DNA of 64,000 nucleotides from Rebecca billardiae RCC1528 (taxonomy: Eukaryota > Protista > Haptophyta): positions 558,001 through 622,000 of the forward strand of contig OZ251229.1 of the NCBI GenBank assembly GCA_965240325.2, read 5' to 3'. Positions 22,836 through 32,274 of this stretch are shown piece by piece (within the stretch, counting starts at the first letter, position 1; the number at the start of each line of letters is the position of its first letter). A model generated the notes under the pieces. It saw only the letters and a program-made list of their open reading frames with translations, did not search any database and had not been told where the DNA came from. Made by a program: the position numbers and the translations under genes.

Positions 22836-23102
22836 ATATAGCACTTAGCAGCACTCAGAGTCATTTCGAGTGACGAAAATCATCAGCAGACAGCAGTGAT
22901 ATGTCATCGTCAGCAAGCTCTGCAAGCTGCTGCGCCATAATTATTGTCGTAGTCGCGTGCTGATTATTTAAGATATGATGCGCCGTTATGCTGCTGATGA
23001 TGACTTTGTCTTATATTATTTATTGAATAAATATATTAATATGGCGCAGCATCGCGCGTCGTATGGCCCGGTAGTCTTAACAGTACGACTCTACTATTCT
23101 CA

Positions 23103-23132
23103 CTCTCTCTCTCTCTCGATCTCTCTCTCTGA

Positions 23133-23188
<56 letters not shown>
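23103..23188. repeat. (CT)n microsatellite
   Basis: Direct read. Confidence 0.95.
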
Positions 23189-23189
<1 letters not shown>

Positions 23190-23556
23190 GCACATTGACA
23201 GATTCGCGATGAGGCGCGCATTGTAGTCCGCGAGCACAATAATAATAAGTGAACGAATTATCATCGTCATCAATGATTGATGATGATGACAGGCAATACG
23301 GGCATGGCTGCTCGGAGTGCTGATCAGACTCATCACGGACTCACTACGACGTCGACTCTGACGACCCGATCGTCATCGTATCATCATCATCATCGTCATT
23401 GTCGTAGCAGTTAAAATGCTGGAGTTTGCCGACAGCTGCTGCCGCTGGCCAGCGGCAGGCCGCTGCAGGCCTGCTGAGTGCTGACTGACTGCGCGGCGTA
23501 GTGCCTTGATGCGCGCATGATGAGTTGCGCGTGATCGCGGATGCATCACACCGTCT

Positions 23557-24612
23557 TCAGTTCAAACGGTCCACCGTACCGTCAATGGCAGCATGGACGA
23601 GCCTCAGCGACGCTGCGGGCCCGGTGCCACCCAGCTGTGCAGGGTGTCGGATGGTCCACCGCTCCGCAACGTCGAGCTGCTCGGCGCTCGGGTACGGCGC
23701 CACGCGCACATACCCGCCCTCTCCGTGCAGCCACACGACGAGGTTGGTGCGCTCGCCCGACACGATCGGGAGCGCCGCGTGGCGATACGCACCCAGGTGC
23801 AAGATCGCCATCCCCGGCTCGAACTCGACCGTTCGCGCGCGCCCGTCGCCGTCGACGAAGCGCAGCGCGGACCCTTGGAACGCGCTCGAGTCCTCGTTGA
23901 GGTTGACGTTCAGGGTGGCGACGGACGCGTCGCGGTGCTCGGCAAGTTCGACGTCCTCGCAGCTTGCGTATCGGACGGTGAAGGCGTAGTGCTCGCGCGC
24001 ATCGCCTGGCCCGACATGCGCCGGGAAGAGCGCGTGCGCCAGCGGCCGCACGTATTCGGCCACCAGCCCGTCCACCCAGGCGCTCAGCGGCAGGTCGCTC
24101 AAGATCAGCCCGTACCGGTTCATACCGTTCGGCCGGCGGGTGGGGATGCGCGCGTCCGAGAGGCGCGTGATCTCAGCGCGCAGCTGGCGCACAAAGCCCG
24201 GCGTGAACAGCCGGGCTGCGAACACGCCGGGGATCAGCTCGTGCCAGAGAGCACGCACGGCCGCCTCCGCTTCGGCGGTCTTGAGCTGGTGAGCCGCGCG
24301 CATGGCCTGGCGTAGCGCGGACGGGACGGCTGATTCTGCGTCCCATGCGCGCAGGCGCTGGTCCCCCAGGCCAAAGTCGCGCCAAGCCCCGTCGAGCAAC
24401 GGGCCGTGAGCCTCCCACCAGTCCGCAGCCTCCAGCTCGCCGTTGCGCGTGCTCGCCGCCACGGGTGCCTTCAACGCCCTCGCCCGGGCGACAAGCGCCG
24501 AGTCCATTGACGCGCGCGCGGCGCGGGCGGAAGTGCTCATCAGTACGGCGCGCATGGCAAGCGGCACGAGCACTGCGATCAGTGGTGGCAGGGCTACGTG
24601 CAGCCACGACAT
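23557..24612 (-). CDS. 2OG-Fe(II) oxygenase, OGFOD2/PLOD-catalytic-domain-like, with N-terminal anchor
   Basis: RRPNGMNRYG, AFTVRY, HRDAS (HxD), TLNVNL, HLGAYRHAALPIVSGERTNLVVW. Confidence 0.88.
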   Translation of the reverse strand: MSWLHVALPPLIAVLVPLAMRAVLMSTSARAARASMDSALVARARALKAPVAASTRNGELEAADWWEAHGPLLDGAWRDFGLGDQRLRAWDAESAVPSALRQAMRAAHQLKTAEAEAAVRALWHELIPGVFAARLFTPGFVRQLRAEITRLSDARIPTRRPNGMNRYGLILSDLPLSAWVDGLVAEYVRPLAHALFPAHVGPGDAREHYAFTVRYASCEDVELAEHRDASVATLNVNLNEDSSAFQGSALRFVDGDGRARTVEFEPGMAILHLGAYRHAALPIVSGERTNLVVWLHGEGGYVRVAPYPSAEQLDVAERWTIRHPAQLGGTGPAASLRLVHAAIDGTVDRLN

Positions 24613-24758
24613 CTCCGTCCGCCCGTCGAGCAGGCCGCCATGCGCTGGAGACCCACGCGAGCCACGCACGCCACAAGCCCACAACCCCCGCCGGCCGCCA
24701 GACACAAAGGATGGCGGCCCCGGCAAGCACCGCCCCGGCTTGAGTAGACTGGACGACC

Positions 24759-26261
24759 ATGGGCCCTGCGCGCGCACTCATTGCCATTCCTGTCCTGCTC
24801 GGCGCAGTCTGGGTGCCACCAGGCGTGCGCTCCTCTGCCACAGAGGACCAGATTCAAAGCGGGATTGCGGACAGCCAGTACGCCATCTTCGGCATGGCGT
24901 GCAGGTACAGGGCGCACAACATGCATGTCTTCCTCACGACCCTGCGTGGCGGTGCATGGTTCGCCGGCGATGTGCACTTTGGAGTCGACGAGCAGCTCGA
25001 CGCCACCACGCATGCTACCTTGCGCGCGCACAACGTGATCACCCATCTTGAGCCGTGTGCTGAGGTTGTCTCTGAGCACGGCGTCAACCGCGGCCCGCAT
25101 GGCCCGCTGAAGAAGTGGCTGGGCTCCCTCAACCAGCGCCGGTACCACCACTACCTACGCTGGATGGAGGGGGCGCGGGGATACACGCATCTGTGGTTCA
25201 TCGACGTGCGCGACGTGCTTTTCCTCGCTCATCCGTTTGAGTTCGCGCGCGATGGCTCGGAGCACGGGCTTGGCACGACTGACGCACGGCTCCGCCTCGA
25301 CGACGACCTCGCTCTCTTTGCGGAGGACAGGTACCTCAGCCCGTGGCAGCTCAACTGGCTGCACTATTGCGTCGGCTACGAGCACATGTGCGCCATGCTG
25401 GCTGCTGGCGTGCCCAACGCGTGCGGCGGCACTGTCTTTGGCACTGCCGCTGCGCTCCGCAGCTTTGCCGAGCACATGCTACGGGAGGCTTCCGTGATGG
25501 CGAATCGCACCAACTGGGCTTGCCATCAGAACGACCAGCCGCTAATCAACAGCCTTCTGTTCAAGCGAGGTGTCACCGGCACGCCCGCTGCCGTGCCGCC
25601 GGGCACGCCGGGCCACGAGGGGGGCAGCCCTGCACTTGGCAGGGCACCCACCTCCGATCCCCTTCTCAGCATGGCGTCCCACAACGACGCCTTCGGCCGC
25701 GTGAGCGTGTACGGCAATGGCGTGGTCCACACACAGCGCCACCCTATCGCGAGCTGTGGCAGCCTCGTCGAGGCTTTTCACGAGCGCTACCCTCGCAGCA
25801 TCCACGATGGCCCTGGCAGCGCAGCCCAACAGCCATCTGCGAAGTCTGCCGGCGCCCCCGGGCGACCCGCGATTGTGCACAAGTGGCAGGAGTGTGCAGA
25901 GCTGCTGGCACTCGTGTGTGGCCAAGTTGCGCCGGCGGCGCTGCGCCCACCAGCATGCAACGATCTGCCCGCGAACACAGACCAGCAGGGCGGCGTGGGC
26001 ATCGGCAGCAACTCGACTCACAGTAGGCGAGGGCTGGAAGTGGCAGGCATCGCGCTGCCAGCAGCACCAGCAGGCAGCGCGCTTCTGCCATTCCCACTTA
26101 TTCCAGTTCCACTGCTACGACCCATCGGCGTCGTCGCGTCGGCTCCGCGTCGCGCCCTCAGCCGTAACGGTAAGAGGTTGCCCCGCTTGTCGCCGAGCAG
26201 TGAGCGTCGCGTTCGAGAGAAGCGGCTCGTGCAGTGCCGCTTCTCCATCACTACTACATAG
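24759..26261 (+). CDS. Secreted or Golgi GT-A-fold glycosyltransferase-like protein
   Basis: Signal peptide; RRYHHYLRW, FIDVRDVLFLAHPF, CGGTVFGT, NDQPLINSLL, IVHKW. Confidence 0.72.
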   Translation: MGPARALIAIPVLLGAVWVPPGVRSSATEDQIQSGIADSQYAIFGMACRYRAHNMHVFLTTLRGGAWFAGDVHFGVDEQLDATTHATLRAHNVITHLEPCAEVVSEHGVNRGPHGPLKKWLGSLNQRRYHHYLRWMEGARGYTHLWFIDVRDVLFLAHPFEFARDGSEHGLGTTDARLRLDDDLALFAEDRYLSPWQLNWLHYCVGYEHMCAMLAAGVPNACGGTVFGTAAALRSFAEHMLREASVMANRTNWACHQNDQPLINSLLFKRGVTGTPAAVPPGTPGHEGGSPALGRAPTSDPLLSMASHNDAFGRVSVYGNGVVHTQRHPIASCGSLVEAFHERYPRSIHDGPGSAAQQPSAKSAGAPGRPAIVHKWQECAELLALVCGQVAPAALRPPACNDLPANTDQQGGVGIGSNSTHSRRGLEVAGIALPAAPAGSALLPFPLIPVPLLRPIGVVASAPRRALSRNGKRLPRLSPSSERRVREKRLVQCRFSITTT

Positions 26262-27288
26262 TTATTCGTTATACGTAGGCAATCGCAATCGTCACGCGCG
26301 GGCAATGTTAAGAAGTCAGCAGATCGAGCAGATCCCACGGCAGACGGCTAGTCGTCGTCTCGGTTTCTTATTATAGCCGTTCGGTAGCCCGAGCGCCTAC
26401 GGCGTCTGAATTTCTACTGACTAAGTATATATATATATATAGTATTCCGCTTACGGCGTAGTCCGCCCGACGCGCAGGCGCGGCCCGGGGGGCGCCTCGG
26501 AGGGCCCGCACTCCGCAGGGGGCAGAGCCCCCAGCAGAGCCTCTTTAGCGTCCCGGCCGGCGAGGCCGAGGGCCCAAGAAAAAATTGGGCGCGGGCACTT
26601 TTTATGGCGGAGCGCGCAAATCTGGCATTACCGTATGTTGCGCATGATGCCGGCGCACTGCCAGTGGTCAGAACGAAGCGTATGCTATGATGACGTGACT
26701 TGGAGTCCACCTGGCTATTAGGCGCGCGCCGCCCACCGCAGCTGACGTGTCGCCCGAACCGCGGGCTCCGCTGAGTGATGAGTCCGCCGGCGCCAGGACG
26801 TAGTCTCGGTTTCTTAGTGGGACTGTGCGTATATAGCGAACCAGCCTATCGCTAGTCTCAGTTTCTAGGCCAGATCAACAGATAACTAGTAAGTCTCAGT
26901 TTCTTGCCCGCGATTGCCTGTACTACTACTTAATAATGAGTAGTTAAGCCACGGTTCCGCAAAGCGGCGCAGATCGTGATCGTCCGAGTCCGTTGATGTA
27001 GTCGTCGTCTTATTATTCTGTCTGTAATAAGCGAACCTAGTACTGTAGTAGTAGCTCACGCCGGACGGAGTTGACGTCTCATTCCGATCGTCGCGCTGCG
27101 CATGACCATGTCGCCGGTCGGTCAGAGTCTCAGACTCACTACTATATATATATATATCCTCATCATACTGAACGTATTAGAAACCTGATCCGCTACTACA
27201 GTACAGTAGTCTAACAAGCAGGTTACAACAAGGAGTACACGCCCAAGGACGTACGTACCGGACGCAATTGAATAATTGATGATATACA

Positions 27289-27341
<53 letters not shown>

Positions 27342-27543
27342 CGAATATGATGACGCGATAACAAGGCACTACGCGGCGCTGACTGACAGCAGGCTGCGCT
27401 CTGCTGTTGATGATTCGTCGCACACGTGCTGTGAGTGACAACGGTCAGTGACAAGCTGTCGACAGTGAGTTTAAATCTGACTACCGGCCAGGCCGGCGGG
27501 CGGGCGGGGGGTGAGGCGGCAGAACTCTCAAGTGCGGTCGTTG

Positions 27544-28467
27544 TCAGCCGAGGTCAGATGCGCGAGCTTCGAGTTCGAATGGTACCGGTGATGCATCAAT
27601 GACGAGCGCGTGCGAAATATTCCCTGGATGGGCGAGCGTGAGGCGGAGCGCATGCAAGCATAGGCGCCCAGCGCACAGTGACTGTGTCGCACTGCGGTGC
27701 ACGCCGTCGGCTGGCTCGGCTGCAGCGGATGCCCCGTCCGGCCCGAGCATTGTCGCAGGCGCTGCGTCGTCACGAAACAGAGCCGATGGCGGTGCGTACA
27801 GCGTATCACCCACGATAGGATGACCCATTGCAGCCATGTGCACGCGCAGCTGGTGCCGCCGCCCTGTGACCGGTCGCAGCAGCAAACGCGTGAAGCGCCC
27901 ATCAGCAGTGCGGCGCAGCGCCCGCCAATGAGTAGTGCTCACGCGCCCACGCTCCCCAAAGTCGATGCACTGGAACGGCGGACGCTCTGGGTCGGGCCGA
28001 ATGGGCAGGCTGACCGTCCCGTGCTCTGCACGGACGTTCCCGTGCACGTCCGCGATGTACTCCTTCGCAGTCGTGCGCTCAGCAAACTGGCGGTTCAGGT
28101 GGGCAGCCACCTCACGTGAGCGCGCGAATACTACGACACCGCTCGTCTCCCAGTCCAGCCGATGCACGACCGACAGCTTAGCTTCGCCGAGCTGAGCACT
28201 TGCACGCGCAGCGAGGCTGTCCTTGATGTGCCTGGTGTTCTCCGTGGGTAGAAAGGCGGGCTTGTCCATGGCCACCACCGCTTCGTCCGCATGCAGCACG
28301 CGAGGTGACCGCGCGGTCGCAGCGAGTGCCCGCTGCTTGTCTGGCGAGGTGTACTGCCCAGCCGTGGCCCACGCGAAGCGAAGAACGCGATCATCCGCGG
28401 TGTCGGCGCATAGAAATGCGTGGTCCGACCCGATGCGGTCCAACACCCCCGGGATCGAGGCCGCCAT
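27544..28467 (-). CDS. RluA-family pseudouridine synthase
   Basis: MDKPAFLP, VHRLDWETSGVVVFA, KEYIA, PVTGRRHQLRVHMAAMGHPIVGDTLY, RLCLHA. Confidence 0.95.
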   Translation of the reverse strand: MAASIPGVLDRIGSDHAFLCADTADDRVLRFAWATAGQYTSPDKQRALAATARSPRVLHADEAVVAMDKPAFLPTENTRHIKDSLAARASAQLGEAKLSVVHRLDWETSGVVVFARSREVAAHLNRQFAERTTAKEYIADVHGNVRAEHGTVSLPIRPDPERPPFQCIDFGERGRVSTTHWRALRRTADGRFTRLLLRPVTGRRHQLRVHMAAMGHPIVGDTLYAPPSALFRDDAAPATMLGPDGASAAAEPADGVHRSATQSLCAGRLCLHALRLTLAHPGNISHALVIDASPVPFELEARASDLG

Positions 28468-28560
28468 CGTGCGTGAGTCTGGGTCGAGAAACTGTTACAA
28501 ACAAGCAGCAGGCGGCTCTGCGGCACTGGATGCCGGCCTGCTGCCGGGACCCGCCTGGCC

Positions 28561-29502
28561 ATGCTCGCATGGTCGCCGTCGGTGCTGTCGACGAGCCCGT
28601 CGGACCTCCCGCCGACTGACATTGGTGCGCGATTGCTCTATGCCCGCCATCAGCGTATGGAGGCAGAGAGCAAGCGCGACCTCCTGCGAGCCCGGCTCCG
28701 CCTTCTCGCTGCCGAGCAGGAGCAGCTCGCCGCGCAAACTCGGCAGAACATGCGGAGCATTCGGGAAGCGCACCTAGGCAAGGAGGAACGGAGCACGCTC
28801 TCGCGTCTCGCCGAGGAATCCCGTTCGCGCCTGGCTGAGTCGCTTCCGCAGGACACGCTCGCGATGCGCGCCGAGCAGCGCAACGCCATCCGCGCAAGCC
28901 GGCTCGCCGCGCTCGACGAGAGACGACAGGTTGTGCAGTCGACGCACGCCGAGCGGGACGCGCACGCGCACATGATCGCTCAGCTGGACGCGCAGGAGCA
29001 GCGGCGGGCGCAAGAGATTCATCAACGCGTGCTCGAGCAGCGGCAGCGTGGCGAAGATCTGCGCGCATACTCTGCGCACGAGCGGCGGCGAGAGGCACGG
29101 AGCACGATCGACCAGCTGCGGCTTCGGGACGCCGAGACGCTGGCGCGCGAGCGTGAGGAGATGCAGCGCGAGAAGGCGAAGCTTGAGCGCAGCGAAAAGG
29201 TGCTTCTCGAGCGCCTCGCGCACAGCCAGGCCGAGGCACTCGAGGCAAGCGCGCGCCTGGAGGCTGTCACTGCGACGCGCCCCAGCCGGCATGGGCTGTC
29301 CCCCCCACCGCCACCGCGCACACTCTCGCGTGGCAACATGCGACGGCCACCCTCGCGGGCAGCTTCGTCGATCAGCACGGCGCGCGCGTCGTCGCAAGCG
29401 CGCAGCTTTGGCGGTGGCCCGTACAAGCAGTCGCTGCGCGCTATTCCGCCGCAGATGGCGCGCTCCTTTGCTGGTGGCAGCATCAGCATGAGCAGCAGAT
29501 GA
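28561..29502 (+). CDS. Coiled-coil hypothetical protein
   Basis: 313-aa E/Q/R/A-rich helical ORF, divergent from RluA. Confidence 0.7.
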   Translation: MLAWSPSVLSTSPSDLPPTDIGARLLYARHQRMEAESKRDLLRARLRLLAAEQEQLAAQTRQNMRSIREAHLGKEERSTLSRLAEESRSRLAESLPQDTLAMRAEQRNAIRASRLAALDERRQVVQSTHAERDAHAHMIAQLDAQEQRRAQEIHQRVLEQRQRGEDLRAYSAHERRREARSTIDQLRLRDAETLAREREEMQREKAKLERSEKVLLERLAHSQAEALEASARLEAVTATRPSRHGLSPPPPPRTLSRGNMRRPPSRAASSISTARASSQARSFGGGPYKQSLRAIPPQMARSFAGGSISMSSR

Positions 29503-30199
29503 CCCGGCACCGTACGGTCTGCGTACTCTGCGTGACTCTGCGGACAGCCGGTCACTCGCGGACTCGATCGGCTGCTCGATCGCGGTCACCGGATTGACCG
29601 GCGGTGACCGGTCATCGTCGTCACGCGGATGTGCTGATGTCACTATTATAAATGATCGGCGTAATGATCGGCTACGCCGATCTTCGGGTAGTTAGTCAAC
29701 AACGTCGATCGAAGTTGAGGGCGCACGGCCCTGGTAGTTGTCGCGTTCGTCTTGGCACCGAATCACGATGCGCGCGCCCGGCGCGTCGCCGTGCAGGAGG
29801 CGCGGGCGCGAGTAATCGACGCGATCGACGGCCTCGGGCCCGAGTAGTCGGGGGGCTGCGCCGTGTCGGACTCGACGCGCAGCAGCCGCAGCGCCTCCGC
29901 CCGGTGCGCTTCGGGCAGCCCTGCTGTGGCCGCGCGCAGCGCGGAGATCGTGCTCGGCAGCTCCGTCCGGAGCTCGCCGGCGAGTCGGCGACTCGCCCGT
30001 CTCAGCCCGATCGCACAGCCTCGCGCGCTCGGCGGGATCGGCGCAGCGTCGGACGAGCCCGCGCAGCTCGTCGTCGGCGTCGGCGGGGAAGAGCGTCGCG
30101 AGCAGGCCCGGCTCGAGCCTGTCTACGACCTCCCGCAGCCGCAGCAGCCGCTCCTTGCACGCCCTCTGCGTCTTCCCCTCAAATGCGGGCCACGCGCGA

Positions 30200-30745
30200 T
30201 GCGAGGTCGCCGAGAGCGCGCTGCCCGCCCACTGCAGCGCCAGCTCGCGCGTGGACAGCGGCACAGGCTGCGGCCGCGGGCCGCCTGGGCGCACGCGCGC
30301 GCTCTCGACGTGCGCGCCGGGCACGATCACGCCCGCCTCGAAGAGCCCGCCGATCACGCGCGAGATGAGCTCGCTCTCGTTCCGCGCCGCCGGCGCCGGC
30401 GCCCGCGCCCGCGCCGGGCGCCGGCGCGCGCGTCTCACACAGCAGGGTGTGGCGATCGCGCTGGGCGGGCGCGGCGGCGGGCGTGAGTGCGGAGAGCAGC
30501 GTGACTCGGAAGCACGGCTGCGAGTCGTCCGGCAGGTGCAGCACGTGCGCGCCGTCGCGCAGCGCGCCGCCCAGCCTCCCGCGCACGCCGAGCCCCAGCA
30601 TGTGCGAGTGCCGCAGGTGCGGCCGCGTGCTCGCGCGCCGCGTCGAGCGCGCCGCCGCGCGGCGCGACAGAGTCAAGAAGCGTGTCGAGCGGCGCGGTGG
30701 AGAGCAGCGCGGAGTAGCGCACGCGCTCGCCGCCCTCAAGCACCT
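30200..30745 (-). pseudogene. Frameshifted fragment of eukaryotic-type UDP-galactopyranose mutase / FAD oxidoreductase
   Basis: Three frames in order: GERVRYSALLSTAPLDTLL; LRHSHMLGLGVRG..LHLPDDSQPCFRVTLLSALTP..TLLCET; NESELISRVIGGLFEAGVI..QPVPLSTRE; the 5' half is absent. Confidence 0.6.
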
Positions 30746-32060
30746 GCCCGATGGATGCACCGCCCAGGCCCCTCGGGCAGGCACCACCGAGCTGCCAGCC
30801 AAAGTGATAGCCGCCGCCCGCCGTGGCAACGTCCCTGCTGCTGCCGCCGCACTCGGCGAGGAGTTGATTGAGCGGCCTGCTGCAGCCCAAGCTGGACGCG
30901 GGCACAGCAGCGCCCGGTGGCAGCGGCTCCAGCGCGCTGAGCGAGGCGAGAGGCGTCACCGCGCTCGGCGCGTCCGGCGTCCGTGGCCCAGGCCCCTCGG
31001 GCCCGCTGCTGCTGCTGCCTGCGGCCGCACGCGGCGTGGAGTCGAGCGCAGAGTCTGCAGCTGCCCGAACGCTGCAGCAGCGTCAAATGGCAGCGGCTCG
31101 AGCGTGATAGGGGAGGCGAGGGGCGTCAGCTCGCTCGGCGCGTCCGTCGCCCAGGTCCCTCGGGCAGGCACCACCGAGCTGCCAGCTGCAGCGACTGCCG
31201 CCGCCCGCCTTGATACCATCCCTGCTGCTGCCGCCGCACGGGTGCGGAGTCGAGCGCACCTCCTTCTGCTCCGGCTGGGCGCGGACACCGCAGCGCCGGA
31301 TGGCAGCGGCTCCAGCGCGCTGGGCGAGGCGAGCAGCGTCACCGCGCTCGGTGCGTCCACCGTCCAGGCCTCTCAGACGAGAGCCGCCGAGCTGCCAGCT
31401 GAAGTGATAGCCGCCGCCCGCCGTGGTACCATCCCTGCTGCTGCCGCCGCACTCGGCGAGGAGTCGAGCGCAGCTGCTGCAGCCCAAGCTGGACGCGGGC
31501 ACAGCAGCGTCGGATGACAGCGGCTCCAGCGCGCTGGGCGAGCTGAGCAGCGTCACCGCGCTCGGTGCGCCCGGCGCCCAGGCCCCACTGGCGCGCAACT
31601 TTGAGCTGCGAGCTGCTGCGCCCGCCGTCGCCCGCCGTGGTACCATCCCTGCAGCCGTGCGGCCGCATCAGCAGCGTGGAGTTGAGTGCCGCCGCTGTTG
31701 GCGCGGGTGCTTGAAGCAGCACCGGATGGTTGGTCCTGCACGTCTGAGCACAGTCATGCACCAACTGCTCTCCTGGATGCGTTGAGATACCAGGGCTCAC
31801 CATCCGTGATCCGTGCTCAGCCTCTCAGCCTCGCTGAGTAGAGGACAGCACCTCGCCCGCTCGCAGATATGCGGCGGTGCCGTCTCCGCTTGCTGTCCGA
31901 CAGCAAGTAGAGGACAGCATGCCAGCGCCAGCGGGCACCGCCGATGCGTGTTCGGTGCCGGTGAGTGTTCGCCGCAGCTCGGCCGTCACTGCATGGTGAG
32001 CGAGGATGAGATGAGTGACAGCACTGTTCACTGCAGTGAGCAAGGGTGATGTGCACCGGT
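30746..32060 (+). pseudogene. Degenerate tandem (~170-215 bp) repeats encoding ankyrin-like remnants
   Basis: Recurrent gcggctccagcgcgctg and gccgccgtggtaccatccctgc; translations LDAG..D.SGSSAL, AAARRGTIPA, TALFTAVSKGDV; many frameshifts. Confidence 0.45.
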
Positions 32061-32274
32061 GTGGAGGCATGTACAAACGTACCGTACCGGCAGCCCCTGC
32101 TGCTTGCCCCTTCCTTCTCGACCTTGATCGCTTCCTCAACGCGCTGCTCCCACGCATGAGCTCTGCGACGCCGTCGGCCCTGCCCACCGGCGGTCCACAG
32201 GCGGTGACGCCCCGCCTGGGCTGTGAACAGCTGCCCCGTGCTGAGCCCAGCCCCAATTGCAGCAAACCGCAAGC

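Noticed and set aside
26453-26633. TA-flanked mariner-like MITE (TACGG...CCGTA)
   Set aside because: TIR match is too short to support
29641-29655. CACTA as the left end of the CACTA element
   Set aside because: Continues TTATAAAT rather than CAAAAAA, and no matching 3-bp TSD
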